Virus record (IMG/VR): IMGVR_UViG_3300045431_000601
Location: 32,001-96,000 of that record
Source: a virus
Direction: 5' to 3' (one strand)
Length of the DNA stretch: 64,000 nucleotides
Part shown: piece by piece, positions 9,454 to 18,203 of the stretch
Position numbering within the stretch: position 1 is the first letter of the stretch
Layout of the letters: each line of letters starts with the position of its first letter
Translations under genes and position numbers: made by a program
Notes under the pieces: generated by a model
Told to the model about the DNA's origin: nothing
Databases searched by the model: none
What the model saw: only the letters and a program-made list of their open reading frames with translations

Positions 9454-10938
9454 ATGATATACTCACTGCAGATTGAGCGGCATGTATTATCTGGAATATT
9501 AAAATATCAAAATTTATTTCCAGATATAGATATTTTTCTTTCAGAAGATGATTTTTATCATGAAGCGCATTCTACCATATATGCCGTATTTAAAAATACA
9601 AAATATAAAGGCGAAAAAGTAGATAAGGTATTACTTGCAGAAAAAATAAAAAATTTAGGCATATCTTTTAAAGACGATATTAATATTTATGATTATATAG
9701 ATAATTTGACATTTTCTCAGATAACCGAAGAAGCTACAATGGCGGCTTGTAAGGAGTTAGTTAAATTAAGAATAAGAAGAGAAATAGCCTTTACAGCGGA
9801 TAAATTAAAAAATTTTGTTACAAAAAATGGAGAAGAAGCCGTAGACAAAATAATTGCTGAGGCAGACGCAATATATAACGATAAGATATCTTTTTATCAA
9901 TCAAACGATGAACCCGTAAATCTTTTCGAAAAAATATCTGATGTCATCGAAGAAATAGGCAATTCCCCAAAAGAAGAAGTCGGCCTTGTCACTCCATATC
10001 CCGAGTTCAATAGACTATATGGCGGTTTAAAAAATTCAAATATATATGCAATAGTTAGTAGACCAGGTCAAGGAAAGTCTACTTGGATTAATGATATGTG
10101 CTTTAATGTAAGTAAAAACCCTAAAAATAAAACTAAAACTTTAATTTTAGATACAGAAATGCAAACTTTAGATATACAGCTAAGGATGGTTTCCTCTATG
10201 ACTGATGTACCCATGTGGTATTTAGAAACAGGAAACTGGAGAAAAAATGAGGAGATGGTAGTGAAAGTAAGATCCGCTTGGGGCCTAGTAAAGAACCAAG
10301 AATATTATCATTTTCACGTTGGCAATAAAAATATAGATCAAATATGCTCAATAATTCGTAGATGGTATCTTTCAAAAGTCGGAAGAAGACATCAAGCATT
10401 AATCGCTTATGATTATGTTAAGCTTACAGGTGAAAAAGTATCTCAAAACTGGGCCGAACATCAAGCTATCGGTCAAAAAATAGATAAATTAAAAAGAATT
10501 TCAGAAGAAATAAATTGCCCTATTGTTACCGCCATGCAATTAAACAGATCTGGAGAAAACTTTAATAGAAACGCCTCCACCGTTGTAGACGATAGTTCAG
10601 TTATCGCTTTGTCTGATAGGCTTCAATGGTTTGCTTCTTTTGTAGCAATCTTTAGAAGAAAAACCGTAGACGAATTAGCCCTTGATGGGCAGCAATTTGG
10701 TACGCATAAATTAATACCAACCAAAACAAGGTTCCAGGGAAAAGAAGCCGCCGGACATCAAGACTTAGTTAGGAGGCTAGACGCATCTGGAAAAGAAGTT
10801 TGGGCTCAAAATTATCTTAATTATAATGTAAGAAATTTTAAGATAGAAGAACGAGGATCGTTACACACGGTTGTTCAGAGGCAAAGAGAGCAATACGAAT
10901 TAAACGATAGAAATGAAAATGACGGAGAAATTTTATGA
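9454..10938 (+). CDS. dnaB: Replicative DnaB-family helicase
   Basis: N-terminal DnaB domain (ER.VL..I...DFY...H..IY), Walker A SRPGQGKST, DTEM, YDYV, QLNR. Confidence 0.9.
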   Translation: MIYSLQIERHVLSGILKYQNLFPDIDIFLSEDDFYHEAHSTIYAVFKNTKYKGEKVDKVLLAEKIKNLGISFKDDINIYDYIDNLTFSQITEEATMAACKELVKLRIRREIAFTADKLKNFVTKNGEEAVDKIIAEADAIYNDKISFYQSNDEPVNLFEKISDVIEEIGNSPKEEVGLVTPYPEFNRLYGGLKNSNIYAIVSRPGQGKSTWINDMCFNVSKNPKNKTKTLILDTEMQTLDIQLRMVSSMTDVPMWYLETGNWRKNEEMVVKVRSAWGLVKNQEYYHFHVGNKNIDQICSIIRRWYLSKVGRRHQALIAYDYVKLTGEKVSQNWAEHQAIGQKIDKLKRISEEINCPIVTAMQLNRSGENFNRNASTVVDDSSVIALSDRLQWFASFVAIFRRKTVDELALDGQQFGTHKLIPTKTRFQGKEAAGHQDLVRRLDASGKEVWAQNYLNYNVRNFKIEERGSLHTVVQRQREQYELNDRNENDGEIL

Positions 10939-11594
10939 ATGTGAAACTAATATCTTGTACACATCCAAACATAGAAGGCGTTTCTAGAGCAGAAGATTTA
11001 GTCGCATATTGCGCAAGAGTGAGCAATCCTTCGAACCAAATGAATACCGAAACCGCTCCAAAGCTTTTAAGCTTTTTAATTAAGCACAAGCATTGGTCTC
11101 CGTTAGAAATGGTCGATATGACTTTAGAAATAAAAACCAGCAGAGCTATTGCGGCGCAGATTTTGAGACATAAGTCATTTTCTTTTCAGGAGTTTAGCTT
11201 AAGATATAGCCTAGCTACAGAATACGAAGATATAGAATTAAGACTACAAGGAGACAAAAACAGGCAAGTTGGAGAGAAATTGTTGCCTAAAAACAGTCCA
11301 GCTTATGATTCAATTACAAATTTAATAGCAGAGACAATGGCGCTAACAGATTACTGCTATCAAACAATGATAGAAAATGGATTGGCGAAAGAAGTAGCAA
11401 GGATGGTCCTTCCGCTCAGTACGCAGACTACAATGTATATGAAAGGTAATTTAAGGTCTTGGATTCATTATATAGAGCTTAGAACAGAACAAAATACTCA
11501 AAAAGAGCATAGGCTTATAGCTGAACAATGTAAAAAAATTTTTGTAAAAGAATTTCCAATTATTTCGAAGGCATTAGAATGGAACAAATCGTAA
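10935..11594 (+). CDS. thyX: Flavin-dependent thymidylate synthase
   Basis: AYCARVS, HWSPLE, RHKSFSFQEFSLRY, KEVARMVLP, NLRSWIH, QKEHR. Confidence 0.92.
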   Translation: MNVKLISCTHPNIEGVSRAEDLVAYCARVSNPSNQMNTETAPKLLSFLIKHKHWSPLEMVDMTLEIKTSRAIAAQILRHKSFSFQEFSLRYSLATEYEDIELRLQGDKNRQVGEKLLPKNSPAYDSITNLIAETMALTDYCYQTMIENGLAKEVARMVLPLSTQTTMYMKGNLRSWIHYIELRTEQNTQKEHRLIAEQCKKIFVKEFPIISKALEWNKS

Positions 11595-12484
11595 ACAATA
11601 TTCATCAAATATTAACTAACATTGGATATTCTTTAAAGGATTATGGTAGAGAATATAGAACAAGGCCTATTTATAGGGATAGCGACAATGATACCGTCCT
11701 AAGGATTTACAAAGACACAGGGTTTTGGGTTGATTTTAAAGAGAATATTAGTGGAGATTTTGCGTCTTTAATTAAAAAAAGCTTAAATCTTGAGAACATT
11801 CAACAGGCAGAAAATTTTTTAAAAAAATACGAATATTGTCCTCAGGCTAACGCTGTTAAGCAAATAAAAATAAAAGAAAAAAGAGTTTTCGATAAAGAGC
11901 TGCTGTTAAAGCTAGAAAAAGATCAAGACTATTGGCTAAAAAGAAATGTATCAAAAGAAACCCTAGAAGAGTTTCAAGGCGGAATAGCTAAAGCAGGAAA
12001 AATGAAGAATAGATATGTATTCCCAATTTTTAATAGTAAAAAAGAAATTGTTGGGTTCTCTGGAAGAGATATTACAAATTTAAGCAAAATAAAATGGAAA
12101 CACATTGGCGATAAATCGAATTGGTGTTACCCTTTATTTTTAAACATAAACGAACTTAAACAAAGCAGAGAAGTACATCTAATAGAAAGCATTGGGGACT
12201 GTTTGTCTTTGTGGGACGCGGGGATTAAAAACACAATAGTTATCTTTGGGCTGGAGGTGAGTACGGCTATATTAAATATATTGCTTAAAATAGATCCTAA
12301 TATAATTTATATATCATTCAATAATGATCAAAGCAAGAATTTAGCAGGAAATATCGCGGCAGAAAAAGCTCGTAATAAATTGCTAAGGTATTTTGACTCC
12401 AGACAATTAAAAATTAAACTTCCTGATAAAAAAGATTTTGGCGAGATGTCTACAGAAGAAATATTAAAATGGAAAAAAGTTTAA
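11579..12484 (+). CDS. DnaG-like primase (Toprim)
   Basis: RYVFPIFN..IVGFSGR, LIESIGDCLSL Toprim strand, KDFGEM; lies next to the helicase. Confidence 0.8.
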   Translation: MEQIVNNIHQILTNIGYSLKDYGREYRTRPIYRDSDNDTVLRIYKDTGFWVDFKENISGDFASLIKKSLNLENIQQAENFLKKYEYCPQANAVKQIKIKEKRVFDKELLLKLEKDQDYWLKRNVSKETLEEFQGGIAKAGKMKNRYVFPIFNSKKEIVGFSGRDITNLSKIKWKHIGDKSNWCYPLFLNINELKQSREVHLIESIGDCLSLWDAGIKNTIVIFGLEVSTAILNILLKIDPNIIYISFNNDQSKNLAGNIAAEKARNKLLRYFDSRQLKIKLPDKKDFGEMSTEEILKWKKV

Positions 12485-13410
12485 AAATTTTATCTGCATC
12501 AAGAATAAAAACCCTAGAGACTTGTTCTTGGGTCTATTGGAATAATTACCATACAAAAGTTCCGCAGGCCCAAAATGATGGAGCCCTAAGGGGCACAATT
12601 TGTCATACGGTTTTTGAATTGCTTTTAGATCCAAAACATAAAAAACATTATAATAAAATAATTAAAAAAAATTCTATTGAAGGCAGTCCAGCGGTGACAA
12701 GACTAATTAAAAAACTTAAATTAAAGGTTGGACTTGATCCTTCGAATTTTGATATTTTAGACCAAATGATTATGGTTGGATTAAAGCACGATTTCTTTGG
12801 GAAAGGAGGCAAGATCATTCAGCCAGAATATCCATTTGAAATTAAAAATGAAAACCCCAAGTATCATATTAAGGGCTTTATAGATAAGCCTATTAAAAAG
12901 AAAAAAGAAATGCATATAATCGACTATAAAAGCTCTAAGTATAAATTTAGGGGAGACGATCTCGAAGCAAATATTCAGGCGATGATGTATAGCTTAGCTA
13001 GTTCAAAAATCTGGCCGAAATTAAAACCTATAGTTAAATTCCTATTTTTAAGATTTCCCAAACAACCAATACAAGAGCTTGTATTTACAGATGATCAATT
13101 AAAGGGGTTCGAACATTATTTAGAGCATATTAATGATTATATAAATAAATTCGATAAAGCTTCTGCCACCACAAATTTTGCTGCAGATTCTGATAAAAAT
13201 AAATGGATGTGTGGAATAGGCGGTTGGAAATGCCCATACAAAGACCCTTATTATTATTACGCCCAATTAAACGCAGATGGCGAAATTGTTAGTACTAGCC
13301 TAATTGATGACTTCAAACCCTTAGAGGGGCATACGATAGAAAAAAGAAAGTACGCAGGATGTCCCAAGTGGAATAATACATCAAGCGATAAAGATGATTT
13401 TTTAGATTGA
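12469..13410 (+). CDS. PD-(D/E)XK nuclease, Cas4/AddB-like exonuclease
   Basis: LSASRI..C, GTICH, GFIDK, IIDYKS, Q..MY and C-terminal Cys residues. Confidence 0.8.
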   Translation: MEKSLKILSASRIKTLETCSWVYWNNYHTKVPQAQNDGALRGTICHTVFELLLDPKHKKHYNKIIKKNSIEGSPAVTRLIKKLKLKVGLDPSNFDILDQMIMVGLKHDFFGKGGKIIQPEYPFEIKNENPKYHIKGFIDKPIKKKKEMHIIDYKSSKYKFRGDDLEANIQAMMYSLASSKIWPKLKPIVKFLFLRFPKQPIQELVFTDDQLKGFEHYLEHINDYINKFDKASATTNFAADSDKNKWMCGIGGWKCPYKDPYYYYAQLNADGEIVSTSLIDDFKPLEGHTIEKRKYAGCPKWNNTSSDKDDFLD

Positions 13411-13439
13411 CAAATATAAATATATTTAGTAAATATTAT
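13407..13439 (+). promoter_or_regulatory. sigma70-type promoter (TTGACA, weak -10)
   Basis: TTGACA at 13407-13412 overlapping the upstream stop codon; AT-rich region before the ATG at 13442. Confidence 0.45.
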
Positions 13440-13441
13440 AT

Positions 13442-14197
13442 ATGGAAACTATACCGATATTTAAATCTCACTATAGTATAGGTAGGTCTATTTTAACTTT
13501 AGATGACGAAAATAATGGTGAGAATTACCCAGATTCTATAATAGATATCATTAAGTCTAATAATTTAAAAGAACTTTATCTTGTCGAAGATAATATGTCG
13601 TCTTTTCTTGAAGCTTATACCAATACAAAAAAATACGACATAAAATTAAGGTATGGGTTAAGAATTACAGTTACAGATGATATTCTAAAAAAAGACGAAG
13701 AAACAAAAAATAAAGGTTCAAAATTTGTTATTTTTTTTAAAACCGAAGAGGGCTATAAAAAATTAGTAAAAATATTTAGTATAGCGTCTAAAGAAGGTTT
13801 TTATCATTATCCAAGAATAGACTTTAAACACTTAAAGAGTTTATGGAGCGAGAAAGATTTGCTTTTAGCCATTCCATTTTATGATTCTTTTATATTTAAT
13901 AATCTTTTAAAAGGGTTTTTATGCGCACCGCAAACAGACTTTACAAAGCCCACGCTTTTTATAGAAGATAATAAACTTCCTTTTGATTCTTTAATCAAAA
14001 GAAAAGTCATAGAATACGCTAAAGAAAACGATTTAGAAACATTAAACGTAAAAAGCATTTATTATAAATCCAAAAAAGATTTTAAAGCTTATCTAACCTT
14101 TAGATGCATAAATATTAGGAGCACACTTAACAAGCCAGAGCTAGAACATATGTCTAGTTCTGAATTTTGTGTAGAAAGCTGGAAAGAAATTAAATAA
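13442..14197 (+). CDS. Stand-alone PHP domain of DNA polymerase III alpha
   Basis: FKSHYSIGRS (cf. H.HS.YS..DG), YLVEDN, GLRI, GYKKLVKIFS, YHYPRID all match the DnaE N-terminal PHP region. Confidence 0.75.
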   Translation: METIPIFKSHYSIGRSILTLDDENNGENYPDSIIDIIKSNNLKELYLVEDNMSSFLEAYTNTKKYDIKLRYGLRITVTDDILKKDEETKNKGSKFVIFFKTEEGYKKLVKIFSIASKEGFYHYPRIDFKHLKSLWSEKDLLLAIPFYDSFIFNNLLKGFLCAPQTDFTKPTLFIEDNKLPFDSLIKRKVIEYAKENDLETLNVKSIYYKSKKDFKAYLTFRCINIRSTLNKPELEHMSSSEFCVESWKEIK

Positions 14198-14198
14198 T

Positions 14199-14837
14199 AT
14201 GGACGAACATCTCTTAAGATATGATAAGAATAAAAGGTATGTATTTATAGACTGTGAAACACTAAATCTATGTTTGAGCTTCGCCCATAATCTACCATGG
14301 CAAATAGGGATGATTAAAACCAAAGGAGATAGAAAAGAAGACAGCAAAAATTTTTATATTAAATGGGACACAGATCTTAAAATTAGTCAGGATGCCGCAA
14401 GAATAACTAGATATGACCCCAAAAGAATAGAGAAAATAGGATTAAAAATTGAAGAAGTATTTCCAACTGTAAAAGATTGGCTTGACCACGCAGACTATAT
14501 TGTTGGACATAATATATTAGGATTTGACGTTTACTTAATTAAAGAGCTATACCAAGAAATGGGGTGTCACTGGGATCATCTAATGAATAAAATTATTGAC
14601 ACAAATTGTATAGCAAGAGGGATAAAATACGGAATACATTTAAAAAAGAAAGATGATATTCTAGAATATCAATATAAAATATTGCACACAAGAAGGAAGG
14701 ACGTAAAAAGCTCTTTGACTTATCTTGGCAAAGAATACGGGATAGAACATGATTATGAGAATTTACATGACGCCCTAAATGATCTTGACTTAAATATAAA
14801 AGTATGGGATAAATTAAAGTGGCAAATAGAGATATAA
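14199..14837 (+). CDS. DEDDh 3'-5' exonuclease (DnaQ/epsilon-like)
   Basis: FIDCET, VGHNILGFD, IIDT, HDALND. Confidence 0.85.
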   Translation: MDEHLLRYDKNKRYVFIDCETLNLCLSFAHNLPWQIGMIKTKGDRKEDSKNFYIKWDTDLKISQDAARITRYDPKRIEKIGLKIEEVFPTVKDWLDHADYIVGHNILGFDVYLIKELYQEMGCHWDHLMNKIIDTNCIARGIKYGIHLKKKDDILEYQYKILHTRRKDVKSSLTYLGKEYGIEHDYENLHDALNDLDLNIKVWDKLKWQIEI

Positions 14838-14841
14838 TTAC

Positions 14842-15060
14842 ATGGCATCGCTAGACGACATATACGATTTGGTTGATAAATTAGATAAGTCTAAGACAGA
14901 ATATCTATTAGTTTCTATTCAGAAGGGGAAAAAGAATGGTAAGGCGGATGTTTTTTATAATTTAGAAGATAATAATTCATTAAAAATTTTAGCTAAGGGC
15001 TTAGAGCTTTTAAACCAAAAAATAGAGCAAGACAAGAGAGATGGAAACTTCGATAAATAA
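14842..15060 (+). CDS. Hypothetical protein
   Basis: 72-aa ORF between the exonuclease and polymerase core genes. Confidence 0.6.
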   Translation: MASLDDIYDLVDKLDKSKTEYLLVSIQKGKKNGKADVFYNLEDNNSLKILAKGLELLNQKIEQDKRDGNFDK

Positions 15061-17614
15061 TAAAACTTTTAGCGATAAATTTAAAGAGGTCTCTTTACCT
15101 TTTCACGGGGTAAGGCTTCCGGAATTTAAAATAGAAGATAGATATAAACACGAATTAGGAATTAGCGAAGATTCAGACAATTATTCCTTCTTAAGGGCTT
15201 TGATACTCAAGGGCTTAAAACGATTAAAACTAGAAAGCGATTCATCTTTGCGCCAAGCCCATCTAAATAGAATAAAATATGAATTAGAAACTATTAAAGA
15301 TTTAGGATTTATTGATTATATCTTATTGGTTTGGTATGTTATTAATTACTGCAAAGAAAATAATATTCCTGTCGGTCTTGGAAGAGGGTCAGCCGCAGGG
15401 TCTCTGATCCTATTCTTAATTGGAGTTACTCAAATAGATAGTTTAAAATATAACCTTTATTTTGAAAGATTTATATCTAAAATTAGAGCTAAAAAGCAAG
15501 AAGTCGATGGCGTAATGTATCTTGATGGCTCTTTAATGTGCGACGTAGACCTAGATATTTGTTATTATAATAGACATAAAGTATTGCAACATCTAGAAGA
15601 GAAATTTAAAGGAAAAACGAGTAAAATATTAACCTTAAATAGTCTTAGCGGAAGGCTTTTAATAAAAGAATGCGGTAAAATAGTAGAAGAAAAAGAAGAA
15701 GAAGAAATGACTGCGGTATCTGGCATGATACCAAAAACATACGGACAGGTTAAAGATATTGAAGAGGCCTATGATGAATCGCCAAAATTTAAAAAATGGG
15801 TAGACGAAAATAAGAGCATTTATAATGTAGCTCTTAAACTTAGAAATTTAATTAAAAATAAAGGAGTTCATCCATCTGGAGTTTTACTATCTGCAGATCT
15901 ATTAGAAGAATCTTGTCCTACAGAATTTTCTAGCGATAAAGAATCTGTTTCCTCATTTGACATGAATTGGGTAAGTTTATTTAATATTAAACTAGATATT
16001 CTTGGCTTAAGAAGCGTTTCTGTCGTTGACGATGTTTGCAAGCAGATTGGTATTAAAATAACCGATATAGATCTTAATGACCCATCAATATACAGGTCTT
16101 TGCAAGACCTGAGAACTCCTCATGGATTATTCCAAATAGAAGCAGACACCAACTTCAGAGTTTGTAAACAAGTTAAGCCCAAGAATTTAGAAGAGCTTAG
16201 CGCGGTATTAGCTTTAGCCAGACCTGGAGCTCTAGATTTCGTATCTACTTACGCAAGATACACCAACACAGGACAATACGAAGCGATACATCCATTTTTT
16301 GACGACATTTTAAAACAAACGGGTGGCGTAGCTTTGTATCAAGAGCAGCTAATGCAAATGGCTAATAAGATTGGATTTACTTTAGACGAAGCAGAAATTT
16401 TAAGAAGAATCGTGGGCAAAAAGAAGATTGAAGAAGTGAAAGAATGGAGATCTAAAATTAAAAATAAATGCAAAGAGAATAATGCGCCCAAAGAAGTAAG
16501 TGATATTTTATGGAAGATTCTCGAAGATTCCGCTAATTATTCATTTAATAAATCTCATTCAATCGCATACGCTGCCTTAGCTGCGTGTACGATTTATTTA
16601 AAATTTAATTATCCAAAACAGTTTTTTCTTTCTTTATTAAAAATGACTAGACACGAACCCGATTCAATTGGAGAAATATCTAAGATTCAAAAGGAGATGA
16701 TGGTTTTTAATATAAAATTGCTTCGCCCACATATTATAAAATCAGATATGGATTTTTCGATTGAAGGAGAAGATATTAGGTTTGGGCTTTTGTCTGTCAA
16801 AGGCATATCAGATAAATCTATAGAAAAATTGAATAGCTTTAGAAATAGATATTCAAATAAATTTGATATTTTTGAGGCCGCGGAACAGTCTGATTTAAAT
16901 ATAGGGGTTTTATCCTCTTTAATACAAGCAGGAGCTTTAACCGGATTTAAACAATCCAGATCGAAGATAGTACTAGAAGCTCAACTATGGAACATTTTAA
17001 ATATAAAAGAAAAGAAATATTGCATTAATTTTGCAGAGAAATTTGATTATGATTTAATTAGAATTATTAAACATTTAAATTCATTTACAGACGAGAAGAA
17101 TACCGTTGTAATCAAAAGCTCTAGACTTGAAACAATAAAGAAAAAATATACTCCATATCTAAACATATATAATCAAAACAGCAAAAGCGAGAGTTTCGCT
17201 AATTGGTATTACGAGAAGAGACTCTTGGGTTATACTTATGAAAAATCACTAAAACAAATCTTTGCAGAAAAAAGAGAGGATTTAATGTCTATTCAAGAGG
17301 TTGTAAATGCCCCAATTAATTCTAAAGTAGCTTTTGTGGGAGAAGTCATCGACGCTTTTTCTGGTACGGCTAATAACGAAAAAAAGACTAGATTTCTTCG
17401 CATAAAAATATCAGACGAAACTAATAGTATAAATACTTTACTTTTTAATGATAGAATTGATACAAATAAAAGCCTTAATAACAACAAGAAGTTCGAGGAG
17501 ACAAATATTGTAATAGTTAAAGGGACAAAGAAAGAAGACGCAGTTTTTGCTGATCTGGTAGCTATTCAAGATCAAAAGATATATATGAAGCTCAGCGAAT
17601 TAAAAAAGTCTTGA
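15041..17614 (+). CDS. dnaE: DNA polymerase III alpha catalytic core, lacking the PHP domain
   Basis: GRGSAAGSL, FERF, DVDLD, HPSGV, KLDILGL, YQEQLM, YSFNKSHS, C-terminal OB fold. Confidence 0.92.
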   Translation: METSINNKTFSDKFKEVSLPFHGVRLPEFKIEDRYKHELGISEDSDNYSFLRALILKGLKRLKLESDSSLRQAHLNRIKYELETIKDLGFIDYILLVWYVINYCKENNIPVGLGRGSAAGSLILFLIGVTQIDSLKYNLYFERFISKIRAKKQEVDGVMYLDGSLMCDVDLDICYYNRHKVLQHLEEKFKGKTSKILTLNSLSGRLLIKECGKIVEEKEEEEMTAVSGMIPKTYGQVKDIEEAYDESPKFKKWVDENKSIYNVALKLRNLIKNKGVHPSGVLLSADLLEESCPTEFSSDKESVSSFDMNWVSLFNIKLDILGLRSVSVVDDVCKQIGIKITDIDLNDPSIYRSLQDLRTPHGLFQIEADTNFRVCKQVKPKNLEELSAVLALARPGALDFVSTYARYTNTGQYEAIHPFFDDILKQTGGVALYQEQLMQMANKIGFTLDEAEILRRIVGKKKIEEVKEWRSKIKNKCKENNAPKEVSDILWKILEDSANYSFNKSHSIAYAALAACTIYLKFNYPKQFFLSLLKMTRHEPDSIGEISKIQKEMMVFNIKLLRPHIIKSDMDFSIEGEDIRFGLLSVKGISDKSIEKLNSFRNRYSNKFDIFEAAEQSDLNIGVLSSLIQAGALTGFKQSRSKIVLEAQLWNILNIKEKKYCINFAEKFDYDLIRIIKHLNSFTDEKNTVVIKSSRLETIKKKYTPYLNIYNQNSKSESFANWYYEKRLLGYTYEKSLKQIFAEKREDLMSIQEVVNAPINSKVAFVGEVIDAFSGTANNEKKTRFLRIKISDETNSINTLLFNDRIDTNKSLNNNKKFEETNIVIVKGTKKEDAVFADLVAIQDQKIYMKLSELKKS

Positions 17615-17639
17615 CTTTTTAGATTATATGTTATATTAT
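17611..17639 (+). promoter_or_regulatory. sigma70-type promoter TTGACT-17-TATTAT
   Basis: -35 at 17611-17616, -10 at 17634-17639, ATG at 17646. Confidence 0.7.
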
Positions 17640-17645
17640 CATTAA

Positions 17646-18203
17646 ATGATATCTTTTTATAAGCCTAATAGCAAAAATACAGGCACAGCCTGTAGCTTCT
17701 CTGTAAATCCTAAAGATGGCTCTATATGGAGTTCTTTGATTAAGCAAAGCTCTTGGAATGAAGCCAAAAAAATAGGTTCTTTCTCAGAGAACCAGAATAA
17801 TCCAAATAAAAGCGTTAAAATTAAATTTTCGCTTACTGAAGCCGCGGGTATACTAGACGCCTTAGAAAGGCAAGCAGAGTTTTCTGCTTATCATACTTCA
17901 GAGAAACAATCCACCCAGATTAAATTCTCTCCTTATGTTAAGGACGGCAAACACGTTGGATATTCTTATATAGTAAATAAAACCGACAAACAAAATAGCG
18001 AAAACAAACAATCCTACTTGATAGGATTTTATTTTAATGAAGCCAGACTGATAAAAGAATTTATATCTTATTCTTTAAATTCCGTATTTGAATCACAAAG
18101 AGTAGATACAATTAAAAAATTAAAAAATAAGCCGAAAGATCCGCGAGAAGAAGTTTCTGAACAAAAAAATAGCGAGGACGATATAGACGGTGAATTGTGG
18201 TGA
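17646..18203 (+). CDS. Putative single-stranded DNA-binding protein, Whirly/PC4-like fold
   Basis: Duplicated beta-beta-beta-beta-alpha pattern, acidic C-tail ending EDDIDGELW, position right after dnaE. Confidence 0.55.
   Translation: MISFYKPNSKNTGTACSFSVNPKDGSIWSSLIKQSSWNEAKKIGSFSENQNNPNKSVKIKFSLTEAAGILDALERQAEFSAYHTSEKQSTQIKFSPYVKDGKHVGYSYIVNKTDKQNSENKQSYLIGFYFNEARLIKEFISYSLNSVFESQRVDTIKKLKNKPKDPREEVSEQKNSEDDIDGELW

Noticed and set aside
9454-17614. Inteins or introns in dnaB or dnaE explaining the split polymerase
   Set aside because: No C/S...HN intein termini or homing-endonuclease motifs. The intervening DNA encodes an ordinary exonuclease and a small ORF.
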